DNA of 60,943 bases, filler included. It is 8 parts of 8 records of this genome, joined end to end, with 100 filler letters (N's around TTAATTAATTAA, not from the genome) between each part and the next. Parts side by side here need not be neighbours in the genome. Positions count along the whole stretch, not along the records: positions 1 to 5,152 come from SRR31147125_36227; positions 5,253 to 11,837 come from SRR31147125_36357; 6 more parts are not named here. The stretch is one strand, 5' to 3'. Under the pieces are notes generated by a model that saw nothing but the letters and a program-made list of their open reading frames with translations, was not told the DNA's origin and did no database searches. A program made the translations under genes and the position numbers. This document shows, in pieces, positions 1 through 9,047 of this stretch (position 1 is its first letter; every line of letters starts with the position of its first letter).

Positions 1-35
1 GCCCGCAAGGGGCAGCTCCGTCGCAACAATGGCAA

Positions 36-1193
36 TCAGCCGAAAGAGATCTTATCCCCGTTGCCGAGATAAACCTTATCCTTGGAACGGTGCTGGGCTG
101 TTCCTTCAATAACATTGTATCCGGCGGTGACAAACTTCTTGGCGCAGAGGACCCCGGTGCAGTGGTTGCAGCCGATCCGCTCAAAGCCGTAATGTTCCAA
201 AGAAATAACCAGATCATCGTACTTCGGATCCCAGTCATCGAATGGCGAAATGTGCAGACCCCCGTAGATGCCGTGGAAGTTGTCGTTCTCGTACTTAATC
301 TCGTTGTAGGCCGTTTCAGCAAAACGGATGATGCCCTGGTGGCAGCAACCAGTGACGCTGACCAGCCCCTTGTCTTTGACATTGAAGTACATCGACTGTT
401 CGCCGTAAACCCGGCAGATGATCGGTATCCCGAAGACATAGGTTGCCATGCCCGGAATATGCGGGTTCAGACCCTTCGGTACGGTGACAACTTTACCCTT
501 ATGACCACAATCCTTGATGTACTGCAGACCTTCCGGATAGAAGCCTTCCGGGATATACATCGTGATCGTTGGATCGTACTTGAAAGTGACCGGCAGTCCC
601 CAGAAATGGTCGAAGTGCTCGTGGGAGATGAACAGGGCTTCGATCTCACGGTTTTCCAGCATCTTGTCGATGCCTTCCCGCTTGTAGCACTCGTCCGTCC
701 AGGCGTAACCCCAGCCGGTATCGAGTAAAAACTTGCGGTGCTTGCCCGACATCTCTTCGACATCGACCAATGCAGCGTAGCCACCGGCGTTTTCCGGGTG
801 CACGCAGTTTTCAACGCAGATATCCCAGGCTTCATCAAGTTTATTCGGCAACAGATGTTTGATTTTGGCCATGCCATCTTCGTAGCTGCCTTTGCCTAGT
901 CCCTGGCCGTTGCCGAAGGGTGGCCAGTTGTAGTCGTACTGGTTGACCAGAAGGCCCCCGGCTCCTTTGATATCACCCATCAGGGTGGCATTGTCAAACC
1001 AGCTGGTTTCACTGATATTGGTAACGGTGACGCTTTTGCAGGTCCCGATATCGGTCATTTTTCGGGCGACCTCAGGGAAATGTTGTTTTCTTAAAGGTGA
1101 ATAGGAATAAATTCCCATGGCACCAAGCATGCCGAGGCCGATGCCGGTGGTCGCACCCTTAAGGAAATCACGACGCTTAACGTTGTCAGACAT
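36..1193 (-). CDS. Tat-exported metallo-beta-lactamase-fold protein (COG1237/DHPS-like MBL subgroup)
   Basis: N-terminal twin-arginine motif KRRDFLK plus hydrophobic stretch; MBL motifs LLDTG, SHEHFDH, VTGCCHQG, GGLH, CNHCTG; RBS AGGAGG upstream. Confidence 0.85.
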   Translation of the reverse strand: MSDNVKRRDFLKGATTGIGLGMLGAMGIYSYSPLRKQHFPEVARKMTDIGTCKSVTVTNISETSWFDNATLMGDIKGAGGLLVNQYDYNWPPFGNGQGLGKGSYEDGMAKIKHLLPNKLDEAWDICVENCVHPENAGGYAALVDVEEMSGKHRKFLLDTGWGYAWTDECYKREGIDKMLENREIEALFISHEHFDHFWGLPVTFKYDPTITMYIPEGFYPEGLQYIKDCGHKGKVVTVPKGLNPHIPGMATYVFGIPIICRVYGEQSMYFNVKDKGLVSVTGCCHQGIIRFAETAYNEIKYENDNFHGIYGGLHISPFDDWDPKYDDLVISLEHYGFERIGCNHCTGVLCAKKFVTAGYNVIEGTAQHRSKDKVYLGNGDKISFG

Positions 1194-1203
1194 AATGGAC
1201 CTC

Positions 1204-2615
1204 CTATTTGATCAGATCGATCGATGCGTAGAAGAACGGCAGTGCCCAGACGGTGATGAAGAAGAAGGCAACCCCCATAATCGTTCCGGCACCAAGTCCA
1301 ACACCGAAGCGTGGGGTCGGCTTGATCTCTTCGATTTGAGCCTGATGCTCCGCGTGCTCAGTTTCAAGTTCTTCAGCTGTTTTCGGAACCATCTTCCATC
1401 CGGGCCAGTTGTCCATGAACCAGTGTTGGACCAGCATCAGGTTAACCAGCCAGATCATCGGAATCATCGGGAACTGCTGTGGATGAGAGATCCCTTTCTG
1501 GGTGCCGAGGAACAGGTGAGACGTGCGGTAGTAAACGATGTAAAGCAGGATCGCAGCAACGACGGTAATCGCGGTTCGGATGCCGACATTGACCGGCATG
1601 CTGAATTTACGCGGCCAGTTGCCAAAGTAGAAGTTGAGGAACAAAGCTGGGACCAACAGGAAGATTGCCATTTCGCCAACATGCAACCAACGCCAATCTG
1701 GAGCGAAACCACGACGCGTTCCACGGATCGCTTCGCCGAAGGTCAGTTCCTGGGCAAAGTAAAAGAAGAAGTGCATCGCCAGGGCGATGCCGATAATGCC
1801 GAAGAAACAGGCAAAGCGACGGCCCCAGTCGTTTTTGATCAGGTTGAACGGGTAGCGTTCCCAGATGGTCTCCACCAGCCAGACAACCACGGTACAGCAC
1901 ATGATCCAGCTGACATGGAAATTCCCTGAGACGGTGTCAGCAAATTGTTCCCAATAAGGGGGGCAATCGAGGTGAAGTACTGCCACGGGTGATAGAGAAT
2001 TCCCATGTGCGGATGCATGGTGACGAAATAAACCAGGGTCGACAAGAAGAAGGTGAACATCAGAATTGAGAACCCTTTGGCAGGTTGCTTGAGCTTCTGC
2101 CAGGGGGCTTCCTCAAAGGCGACAACCCAGGCGGGCGACAGCCAGGAGGCGATCGCGGCAAACATCAGGATGGCCAGTGACGCATACTCAATGGCGAAGA
2201 AACTGGTGATGCCGGGCAGTTTTTCGAGTTGTTCCGGGTTGAAATAGGCGAGGCCGAAGTTACCAAGGAATCCCTCGAAAAATCCTTTGATCAGAAGAAT
2301 CAGGATGCCGACTGAGACCAGGGTCAATACGGCACCTTTGTAAAGCGGGTGGGCGTTATCAAGCCAGCTGCGCTTGAACGGCCAGTAGTTGAAGATGTAG
2401 ACCATCCAGATCATCATGATCAACCACCAGCGGCAGTACATATAGCCGACATAGGGTGTGTACATGCGCATGTAGCCGCGCGGGTCCTGGAAGATCCACC
2501 AGGTGGCATAAAATACGGCAAACAGGACGGCGATGCTGATCAGGGCCGGAAGTGGACCTGACCATCGCTTAACCAGTTTGCGTTCCTCAAGAAATCCTGC
2601 TCCATAGCGTTCCAT
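1204..2615 (-). CDS. Multi-pass membrane transporter of unknown substrate (resembles proteins labelled 'AAT family amino acid transporter'); split by a -1 frameshift at ~1958-1963
   Basis: ORFs 1839..2666 and 1204..1986 join into ~470 aa if the G6 run at 1958-1963 is G7 (reads SIAPPYWEQF). ATG at 2615 follows AAGGAGG. Many TM helices with a repeated FxxWP motif. Confidence 0.7.
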
Positions 2616-2689
2616 TGTTTCCTCCTTGCAGAATTTGTTAGCCCCTCTCGGCTCCGGCAATAACATGGAATAACGTGGCAGATGTCATT

Positions 2690-2944
2690 TCAGCTGCCTG
2701 GTCTCTGCAAATGTGAACTCAAATAATCGAGAACTTTCTCTGGCTCACCCGGGTCGAGCCCGAGTCGGATCGCTTCCTGCTTCAGCAGCTCCGGCGATAA
2801 GTCGGCCGCGAGTGATGTCTCGGCTATCGGTCTGGCTTCTTCTGTGCCGAACATCGGCTCAATCAGGTCAACTGTAAAGCGTGCGGTTTTACAGGCAACA
2901 GTCCGGAAAAACTGCTTGCGTGTCAGTGTGGTGTCCATAGCCAT
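2690..2944 (-). CDS. Small hypothetical protein (84 aa)
   Basis: Starts 8 nt downstream of the regulator stop with an AAGGG RBS; sits inside the operon. Confidence 0.6.
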   Translation of the reverse strand: MAMDTTLTRKQFFRTVACKTARFTVDLIEPMFGTEEARPIAETSLAADLSPELLKQEAIRLGLDPGEPEKVLDYLSSHLQRPGS

Positions 2945-2952
2945 TTCCCTTG

Positions 2953-3675
2953 TCAGGAGTTCATCAGTGTCTGTTCTGCGCGTTTTAGGGATGGTGGAAG
3001 CGGAATGTTCTTTAACTCGGAAAAAGCACAGCAGGTGTTAATGACTTTCTTCATAACGCTCCGCATCGATTCGTCCCGGTCCCGACTCTTCAGAGCATTG
3101 AAAATCAGGACATAGTCACCGAACAGTTTTTTTTGCTGCCCCTCCGTGAAGGAGAAAAAATCGGGAAACATCAGGGACGAGCTGGCACAGAAGGATGAAA
3201 CCATTTCATGGATGACGGGATTCTTTGTGCTGGAGGCTATAATCTGGAAGAAAATGCGTGCCTGGGTTTTGAAATCAATAATATTTTTATCGAAAATGGC
3301 CCGACTCAAATCGACGGTACATTGCTCCAGCTCGGACAACTGAGCATCTGTTATCTGGTCGACCGCTATGGAGATCACACCCGGGAGGAACAGGTAGGCT
3401 GCTTCGAATCGGGCCATAATCCGTTCAAAAGACTCCTCGTGTGAGGGGTAGTAGTTGGTCTGGGGCTGTGATGTTGCCAGGTAGTACCCACTCCCTCTGC
3501 GGGATGAGATGACTCCCTTGGTCTCAAGGCGGCGCAGAGCGCTCCTCAGGGTGTTGCGGCTGACATTGAAGTCGACCGCCATCTGCCTTTCTGATGGCAG
3601 GCGATCGCCAACAAGCAGGTTGCTGGAGGACAGCTGGTCAAGAAGAGAGGTTTCCAGTTGTGCTTCCTTCGTCAT
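2953..3675 (-). CDS. GntR-family (FadR subfamily) transcriptional regulator
   Basis: wHTH GDRLPSERQMAVDFNVSRNTLRSALRRLETKGVI...GSGYY followed by an FCD-like helical domain. Confidence 0.92.
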   Translation of the reverse strand: MTKEAQLETSLLDQLSSSNLLVGDRLPSERQMAVDFNVSRNTLRSALRRLETKGVISSRRGSGYYLATSQPQTNYYPSHEESFERIMARFEAAYLFLPGVISIAVDQITDAQLSELEQCTVDLSRAIFDKNIIDFKTQARIFFQIIASSTKNPVIHEMVSSFCASSSLMFPDFFSFTEGQQKKLFGDYVLIFNALKSRDRDESMRSVMKKVINTCCAFSELKNIPLPPSLKRAEQTLMNS

Positions 3676-3691
3676 GAAATCAATCCCCTGA

Positions 3692-3797
3692 TGGTTGTAC
3701 CAATGGCGATGAATAGTTCTATATGATGTGATATTTAATCACGAACTGCTATAAAGTCAAATAAGGCTATATTTGTTCTATTATTGGTAGGACCAAT
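3692..3797. promoter_or_regulatory. Two FadR-type operators (TGGT-N3-ACCA) flanking a minus-strand sigma70-like promoter
   Basis: TGGTTGTACCA at 3692-3702; ATTGGTAGGACCAAT at 3783-3797; TTGACT -35 on the minus strand at 3755-3760. Confidence 0.7.
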
Positions 3798-4285
3798 TGG
3801 TCTTACTGTTGACGCATAGCTTCTGGGGATGCGTGTGCCCGGTGGCTGTGCCCTGTTCTCCGGGGTTCTTGAGCTTTGCTGAACAACGGTCTGATGACCT
3901 GAGAGATCTTCAGGATATGGGATGTTCTCCGGCCCTGTTTCTGTCTTTAAAGAAGAGACGTGAGAAGGTTGGTATGCTAAAAGTAGGGCCGTTCCAATGG
4001 CAATATTGAGCGTTTACTGGCCGCCTGTCTGCTGCAATTTGGCCTTCTTTTTTGGTTGAAAGATATTTCTTCTTATTTCATAGGTATTTAAACGTTGCTT
4101 ATTGTGAGTCAGGCATGTTAGCCTGCATTATCTTAAGATAGTTTGTGTATATATTTAAGCTTGCCAGATAGACGGAGTGTAGATTTGGTTTTGAAACACA
4201 GGCCCGCTTGGGTGTGTGTTTTTTTCGTTTTTGCTGATTAATATTTACACAACCAACAGGTTCCACAAGGACAATGGAGAAGAAA

Positions 4286-4486
4286 ATGGCTGAAGGTACA
4301 GTAAAGTGGTTCAATGATTCTAAGGGGTTTGGTTTTATCGAGCAGGATAACGGACCTGACGTGTTCGTTCATTTCTCTGCGATTGAAGGCGATGGATTCA
4401 AGTCTCTCGGCGAAGGTGACCGCGTGAGCTTTGAGGTGACTCAAGGCCAAAAGGGTCCCCAATCAACAAACGTTCGTAAAATTTGA
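4286..4486 (+). CDS. cspA: Cold-shock protein (CspA family)
   Basis: [15 protein letters not shown] (RNP1) and DVFVHFSAI (RNP2); GGAGA RBS before ATG 4286. Confidence 0.95.
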   Translation: MAEGTVKWFNDSKGFGFIEQDNGPDVFVHFSAIEGDGFKSLGEGDRVSFEVTQGQKGPQSTNVRKI

Positions 4487-4507
4487 TCGTTTGGAGTTGA
4501 TGGACTG

Positions 4508-4541
4508 AAGGGCCTCGCAGTTTTCTGCGGGGCCTTTTCTT
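4508..4541 (+). terminator. Rho-independent terminator after cspA
   Basis: GGCCTCGCAG-tttt-CTGCGGGGCC hairpin followed by TTTTCTT. Confidence 0.8.
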
Positions 4542-4595
4542 AATGGTCGTCTGCTCGCAATGCAGGTGAAAAACTGAATCACGGGAGAAGCATGT

Positions 4596-4733
4596 ATGGC
4601 CTATAAGCCGAATTACGGTTATGAAAAACGCCAGAAGGAACTTGCGAAAAAGGCCAAAAAGGAAGAAAAGAAAAAGCGCAAGCAGGAACAGGATGAAGAC
4701 CCTTCTTCGCAAGAAACGCCTGAACAGAATTGA
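4596..4733 (+). CDS. Small basic protein, 45 aa (MAYKPNYGYEKRQKELAKKAKKEEKKKRKQ...), below the ORF-track cutoff
   Basis: GGGAGAAG RBS, ATG 4596, TGA 4731-4733; Lys/Glu-rich helix with an acidic tail. Confidence 0.7.
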   Translation: MAYKPNYGYEKRQKELAKKAKKEEKKKRKQEQDEDPSSQETPEQN

Positions 4734-4983
4734 GCTTTTCCTCCTAACCTTTGTCCAGTAACGTTTTATCTTTTGTTTATAAATAACTGATAGGTCTTGT
4801 GCTGAACAGTTATTCTCTATAGAGTTCGATTTTCCTGGTGCCCATCGGTCGGCACTTGTAAGTGTCCTCGGTTGTTTCTTTTTTGATATTCCCCTGACAC
4901 CTTTTTAAATCTCCAGCCTACAGACCGTTCCTGTGTTAACTGCATCGGATGGGCCGGTTTTCTTTTCGGAGTTCATAGTTTTT

Positions 4984-5152
4984 ATGACGTTTAACAATCT
5001 CGGTCTTTCGACCGAACTACTTCGTGCTGTGTCCGATCAGGGCTACAGTCAACCGACTCCTATTCAGAGTCAGGCGATCCCTGTTGTTCTCAAGGGAGGA
5101 GATCTCCTCGCAGGAGCGCAAACAGGGACCGGTAAAACAGCGGGCTTTACCT
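4984..5152 (+). CDS. rhlE: DEAD-box RNA helicase (RhlE-like), 5' fragment cut by the contig end
   Basis: MTFNNLGLS...[14 protein letters not shown] (Q motif), [12 protein letters not shown] (motif I). Confidence 0.85.
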
Positions 5153-5252
5153 NNNNNNNNNNNNNNNNNNNNNNNNNNNNNNNNNNNNNNNNNNNNTTAA
5201 TTAATTAANNNNNNNNNNNNNNNNNNNNNNNNNNNNNNNNNNNNNNNNNNNN
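5153..5252. other. Artificial contig spacer 1
   Basis: N44-TTAATTAATTAA-N44; linker has stop codons in all six frames. Confidence 0.99.
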
Positions 5253-5323
5253 CTCCGTCAGGTCCGAAAGGAAGCAGCGGTAACAGTCTACTTCGGGTGC
5301 CACGGGGTTGCCCGGTTGCCACC
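5253..5323 (+). ncRNA. ffs: Signal recognition particle RNA (4.5S), 5'-truncated
   Basis: Conserved domain IV sequence CCGTCAGGTCCGAAAGGAAGCAGCGG, in the usual position immediately upstream of dnaX. Confidence 0.9.
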
Positions 5324-5397
5324 ACTTATCCCTTATGCTATACTCGTCCACCATTTTAATTGATCTGAATTGAACTTTTATCAGGAGTGTGGCACAA

Positions 5398-7035
5398 ATG
5401 TCGTATCTTGTTCTTGCCAGAAAATATCGCCCAAAAAATTTCGATGACATCATCGGACAGGAACACGTCACAAGAACTCTCAAAAACGCAATCATCAAAG
5501 ACAAACTGCATCACGCTTTTCTCTTTACCGGAACGCGTGGAGTCGGCAAAACAACTACTGCCAGAGTTCTTGCCAAAGCCCTGTGTTGTCAGGAACACGA
5601 TTTGCCAACAGATGAGCCTTGTGGCAAATGTAGTGCCTGTTTATCGATTGCACAAGGCAATGCCGTCGATGTAAACGAAATCGATGGAGCATCCAACAAC
5701 AGTGTAAACGATATAAGAGATTTACGGGAAAACGTACAATACACACCGCAAACTTTACGCTATAAAATCTATATCATCGATGAAGTTCACATGTTGACCG
5801 GTGCTGCTTTCAATGCTCTTTTGAAAACGCTCGAAGAGCCGCCCGATCATGTAAAATTCATCTTCGCCACAACCGAATCTCACAAAATTCCGCAGACTAT
5901 TTTATCGCGTTGTCAACGTTATGATTTCAAGGCTGTTTCGGCAATAGAAATTGCCACTCACATGAAAAAGCTCTGTGATTCCGAAGGCATGGAAATCGAT
6001 GAAGCTGCTTTGAAAACTCTTTCGAGAATGGCTAGAGGTTCTGTTCGTGATGGTCTTTCGATACTTGATAGCGTGCTTGCTTATGCCAGCGAAAAAGTCG
6101 AAGACGAAGATGTTCGGATAGTTCTTGGTATTGCTGATACGGCTTTATTCCAGAGAGTGACGAAAGCTCTTGTCGAGAGAGATGGAGCAGAAGCTTTTTC
6201 CGTTATTGCCGATCTGGTTGATTATGGTCATGATTTACGTCAATTCGGTACGGATTTTCTCGAATATTTGCGTGATTGTGTCCTGATTGCAACAGATCCA
6301 AGGTCTGCTAAAAGCATAAATCGTACAGACACAGAAATCGCCGAATTACTGGAAATTGCAAAACAGGCGGAAGTTTCCGAGTGGATTGCATGGTTTGATT
6401 TGATGGTCGAAGGTCAGGAAAGAGTGGCAAAATCCGAGCAGGCAAGATATATGTTCGAGCTTACCTTGGCAAAAATGCTTCAAATCGGCAAACTTCGTTC
6501 GGTCGATGAATTATTGAAAGGCCTTGGCAAAGTAGCAAGAACAATCGCCAAGGCTCCTGTAGCTTCAGGAAAAGTTATTACCGCCGATTTCAGCAATGAT
6601 TCCAAAGATTTACCTGTAGAAAAAGTCCCTGGTTCATGGAAGGAACTTGTCGAGAGAATCAAGCTCGAATCTCGTTCTTTGTGGGGAGCTTTGATGAGCG
6701 TTGGTGTCTCAGATTGGGGTAAAGACAAGATCGTTCTGGAATGTCCTGATATTAAAAGATGCTGGGATCAGGTCGGATCGGCAAACGGGAAAAAAGAGCT
6801 ACAGACAATCGCTTCAAAAATTTTGCAACGTGATATTGAAATAGAAATTATTAAAGTTGATGCCGATAAAATAAAAAAAAGTACATCGATAGCCAATGAG
6901 GACAAATACAATAAAAAACAATGGTACGCCGAAAAAACCGAAGCAGGTAAAAACGATCCGACGGTAATGGCCGTCAGAGAAGTTTTCGGCGGTGGGGATG
7001 TAAACGTTCGCCCGTTAAAACCAAAAACGAAATGA
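5398..7035 (+). CDS. dnaX: DNA polymerase III subunit gamma/tau
   Basis: MSYLVLARKYRP, GTRGVGKTT, Zn-binding Cys cluster, EIDGASN, IIDEVHML, SRC motif; AGGAG RBS. Confidence 0.97.
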   Translation: MSYLVLARKYRPKNFDDIIGQEHVTRTLKNAIIKDKLHHAFLFTGTRGVGKTTTARVLAKALCCQEHDLPTDEPCGKCSACLSIAQGNAVDVNEIDGASNNSVNDIRDLRENVQYTPQTLRYKIYIIDEVHMLTGAAFNALLKTLEEPPDHVKFIFATTESHKIPQTILSRCQRYDFKAVSAIEIATHMKKLCDSEGMEIDEAALKTLSRMARGSVRDGLSILDSVLAYASEKVEDEDVRIVLGIADTALFQRVTKALVERDGAEAFSVIADLVDYGHDLRQFGTDFLEYLRDCVLIATDPRSAKSINRTDTEIAELLEIAKQAEVSEWIAWFDLMVEGQERVAKSEQARYMFELTLAKMLQIGKLRSVDELLKGLGKVARTIAKAPVASGKVITADFSNDSKDLPVEKVPGSWKELVERIKLESRSLWGALMSVGVSDWGKDKIVLECPDIKRCWDQVGSANGKKELQTIASKILQRDIEIEIIKVDADKIKKSTSIANEDKYNKKQWYAEKTEAGKNDPTVMAVREVFGGGDVNVRPLKPKTK

Positions 7036-7072
7036 TATAGTTTAACAATATCGAATAATTGAGGAGAGAAAA

Positions 7073-7387
7073 ATGAAAGGCAATATGAATCAGATGCTAA
7101 AGCAAGTCCAGCAAATGCAGGGCAAAATGGTCAAAATGCAGGAAAAGCTTGCTGAACAAACCACCGAAGGTCAATCAGGTGGCGGTATGGTTACTGCTCT
7201 TGTAAATGGCAAACATGAAGTCATTTCCATAAAGCTCGATCCGGACGTAGTTGATCCGGAAGATATTGAAATGCTTCAGGATTTGGTTGTTGCTGCTGTT
7301 AATGCAGGCATGAAAAACATCCAGGCTCAAATCAACGAAGAGATGTCGAAAATTACAGGCGGCATGAAAATTCCGGGACTCTTTTAG
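7073..7387 (+). CDS. ybaB: YbaB/EbfC nucleoid-associated protein
   Basis: MKQVQQMQ...SGGGMV...DIEMLQDLVVAAVN; conserved dnaX-ybaB-recR order. Confidence 0.95.
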   Translation: MKGNMNQMLKQVQQMQGKMVKMQEKLAEQTTEGQSGGGMVTALVNGKHEVISIKLDPDVVDPEDIEMLQDLVVAAVNAGMKNIQAQINEEMSKITGGMKIPGLF

Positions 7388-7396
7388 TATAAAAAC

Positions 7397-7993
7397 ATGG
7401 CTAATGCCAACCCAATCGAGGTTCTTATTCACCAGCTTTCCCGCTTGCCGGGAGTTGGGAAAAAGTCCGCGAAAAGACTTGCTTATTTCATTTTGATCGA
7501 AAAAAACGATTATCCTAATCGTCTGGCCGAAGCTCTTGTAAAAGCGAAAAATGAAGTAAAAACATGCTCTTTATGCGGAAATCTGACCGACAAAAATCCA
7601 TGTGTGATTTGCTCGAATCATAGGCGGGATCGTGTGCTTTGTGTTGTCGAAAACGTGCCGGATCTTCTTGCAATCGAGGCAACATCCGAATTTAGCGGAC
7701 GTTATCATATTTTAAACGGTGCGATTTCACCTCTAAACGGAATCGGGCCTGATGATCTTCGTATTCGTGAACTCTGCGATCGAGTGGAAGTTGAGCAAAT
7801 TCGGGAAGTTATCGTCGCGACAAACCCGACAATTGATGGCGAGGCAACAGCACTTTATATCCAGAAAAAACTGAATGATGCAGATGTTCTTGTTTCTCGT
7901 CTTGCTTCCGGTTTACCGGCAGGTGGCGATATAGAATACCTGGATCGTGAAACAATCAAACGAGCAATTGCAGGACGCAGGAATCTGGCGTAG
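7397..7993 (+). CDS. recR: Recombination mediator RecR
   Basis: LPGVGKKSAKRLA HhH, C4 zinc finger, Toprim motif VIVATNPTIDGEATA. Confidence 0.97.
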   Translation: MANANPIEVLIHQLSRLPGVGKKSAKRLAYFILIEKNDYPNRLAEALVKAKNEVKTCSLCGNLTDKNPCVICSNHRRDRVLCVVENVPDLLAIEATSEFSGRYHILNGAISPLNGIGPDDLRIRELCDRVEVEQIREVIVATNPTIDGEATALYIQKKLNDADVLVSRLASGLPAGGDIEYLDRETIKRAIAGRRNLA

Positions 7994-8209
7994 GAACTCA
8001 TTACGATTTTTCAAAGCAGCTCGTTCATTCCGAGTGAGGGCTTGGAAAGCCGTTGTATCGAGGAATCGAAGCATACGCCCTTCGATATTATTTTCTATAA
8101 TACCAAAAAACAAACTTTACAACTTGCAATTACTTCCTTATTCGGTTATATTCTAAAAACCATAGGACAAAAACCACATTTTACAACATCTGACGGTTCG
8201 GGGGCAAAA

Positions 8210-8962
8210 ATGCGTAAGTATTTATTATTACTGCTTCTTTTAGTTTCAGTACTCGTTTCTTGTGAAGATAATGACAATCTTGATCTTGGTGCTGATGACG
8301 ACAAGCAGACTGAAAACGATACTGACAATGCATCGGATGGTGACGCAAAGGAGCAGGAAAAAGACGCGGATCTTATATACTATGACGGCGATAAAACTGA
8401 TGAAGACAAGGATGATACGGATAAAATCCTCGTTGACGGAGATTCCGATAACTTTGAAAAGACAGATAAAATCGATCTCGATAAAATGGACAAAGAACCG
8501 GATCAGGATTGTCCTGAACTTGAGTGCAATTGCATAGCACAATGCGACGGCAATATGGCAACGAATTGCAAAAGCATCACAGGAACCGATGGTTGCGGAT
8601 ACCACAAATGGACATATGACGATTGTACGGGTGGAATCTGCAAGGTCGATTTTGATAATGATCTGGCCTATTGCGAGTTTCCCGATGGCGACATCGAAGA
8701 AGTTGAGTCGGAAATTGATATAGAATGCGATGCGGTTCCTTCAAACTGCGTTGACCAATGCGAGAACAACAAGGCGAAGCACTGCGAAAGTAGTGTCGAT
8801 TCAAATGGTTGCGGGTATAACAAATGGACAGAGGACGATTGCAGCGGTGGCGTCTGCAAAATGAACGAAACTGTATGGAAATCCTACTGCGAATTCCCCG
8901 ATGGCGATTTGGAAGAATTGGAAATCGAAGCCGAAATTGAATATGAAGATGAGGTGGAATAA
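8210..8962 (+). CDS. Acidic lipoprotein with two tandem Cys-rich repeats
   Basis: Lipobox LVSC after a hydrophobic stretch from ATG 8210; Asp-rich linker; two ~72-aa Cys repeats. Confidence 0.8.
   Translation: MRKYLLLLLLLVSVLVSCEDNDNLDLGADDDKQTENDTDNASDGDAKEQEKDADLIYYDGDKTDEDKDDTDKILVDGDSDNFEKTDKIDLDKMDKEPDQDCPELECNCIAQCDGNMATNCKSITGTDGCGYHKWTYDDCTGGICKVDFDNDLAYCEFPDGDIEEVESEIDIECDAVPSNCVDQCENNKAKHCESSVDSNGCGYNKWTEDDCSGGVCKMNETVWKSYCEFPDGDLEELEIEAEIEYEDEVE
8528..8959 (+). repeat. Intragenic tandem repeat, 216-nt (72-aa) period
   Basis: NCIAQCDGN...GCGYHKWTYDDCTGGICK...YCEFPDGDIEE versus NCVDQCENN...GCGYNKWTEDDCSGGVCK...YCEFPDGDLEE. Confidence 0.9.
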
Positions 8963-8970
8963 AGCCGGTT

Positions 8971-8999
8971 TTGACATCGATTGTCTCTTATGATATTTT
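8971..8999 (+). promoter_or_regulatory. sigma70-like promoter of paralog 1
   Basis: TTGACA-N17-TATTTT with extended TG; conserved upstream of paralog 2. Confidence 0.65.
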
Positions 9000-9047
9000 G
9001 CCTTCGCCTGAGCAAATAGTGAAAACAAAATATCAAGGAGCATCTTG

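Noticed and set aside
90..1929. Long plus-strand ORFs (90..728, 1117..1929)
   Set aside because: Antisense shadows of real GC-rich genes, with no motifs or RBS.
4398..4712. 104-aa minus-strand hydrophobic ORF
   Set aside because: Antisense to cspA, its terminator and the Lys-rich small gene; the Phe/Leu richness mirrors the A-rich codons.
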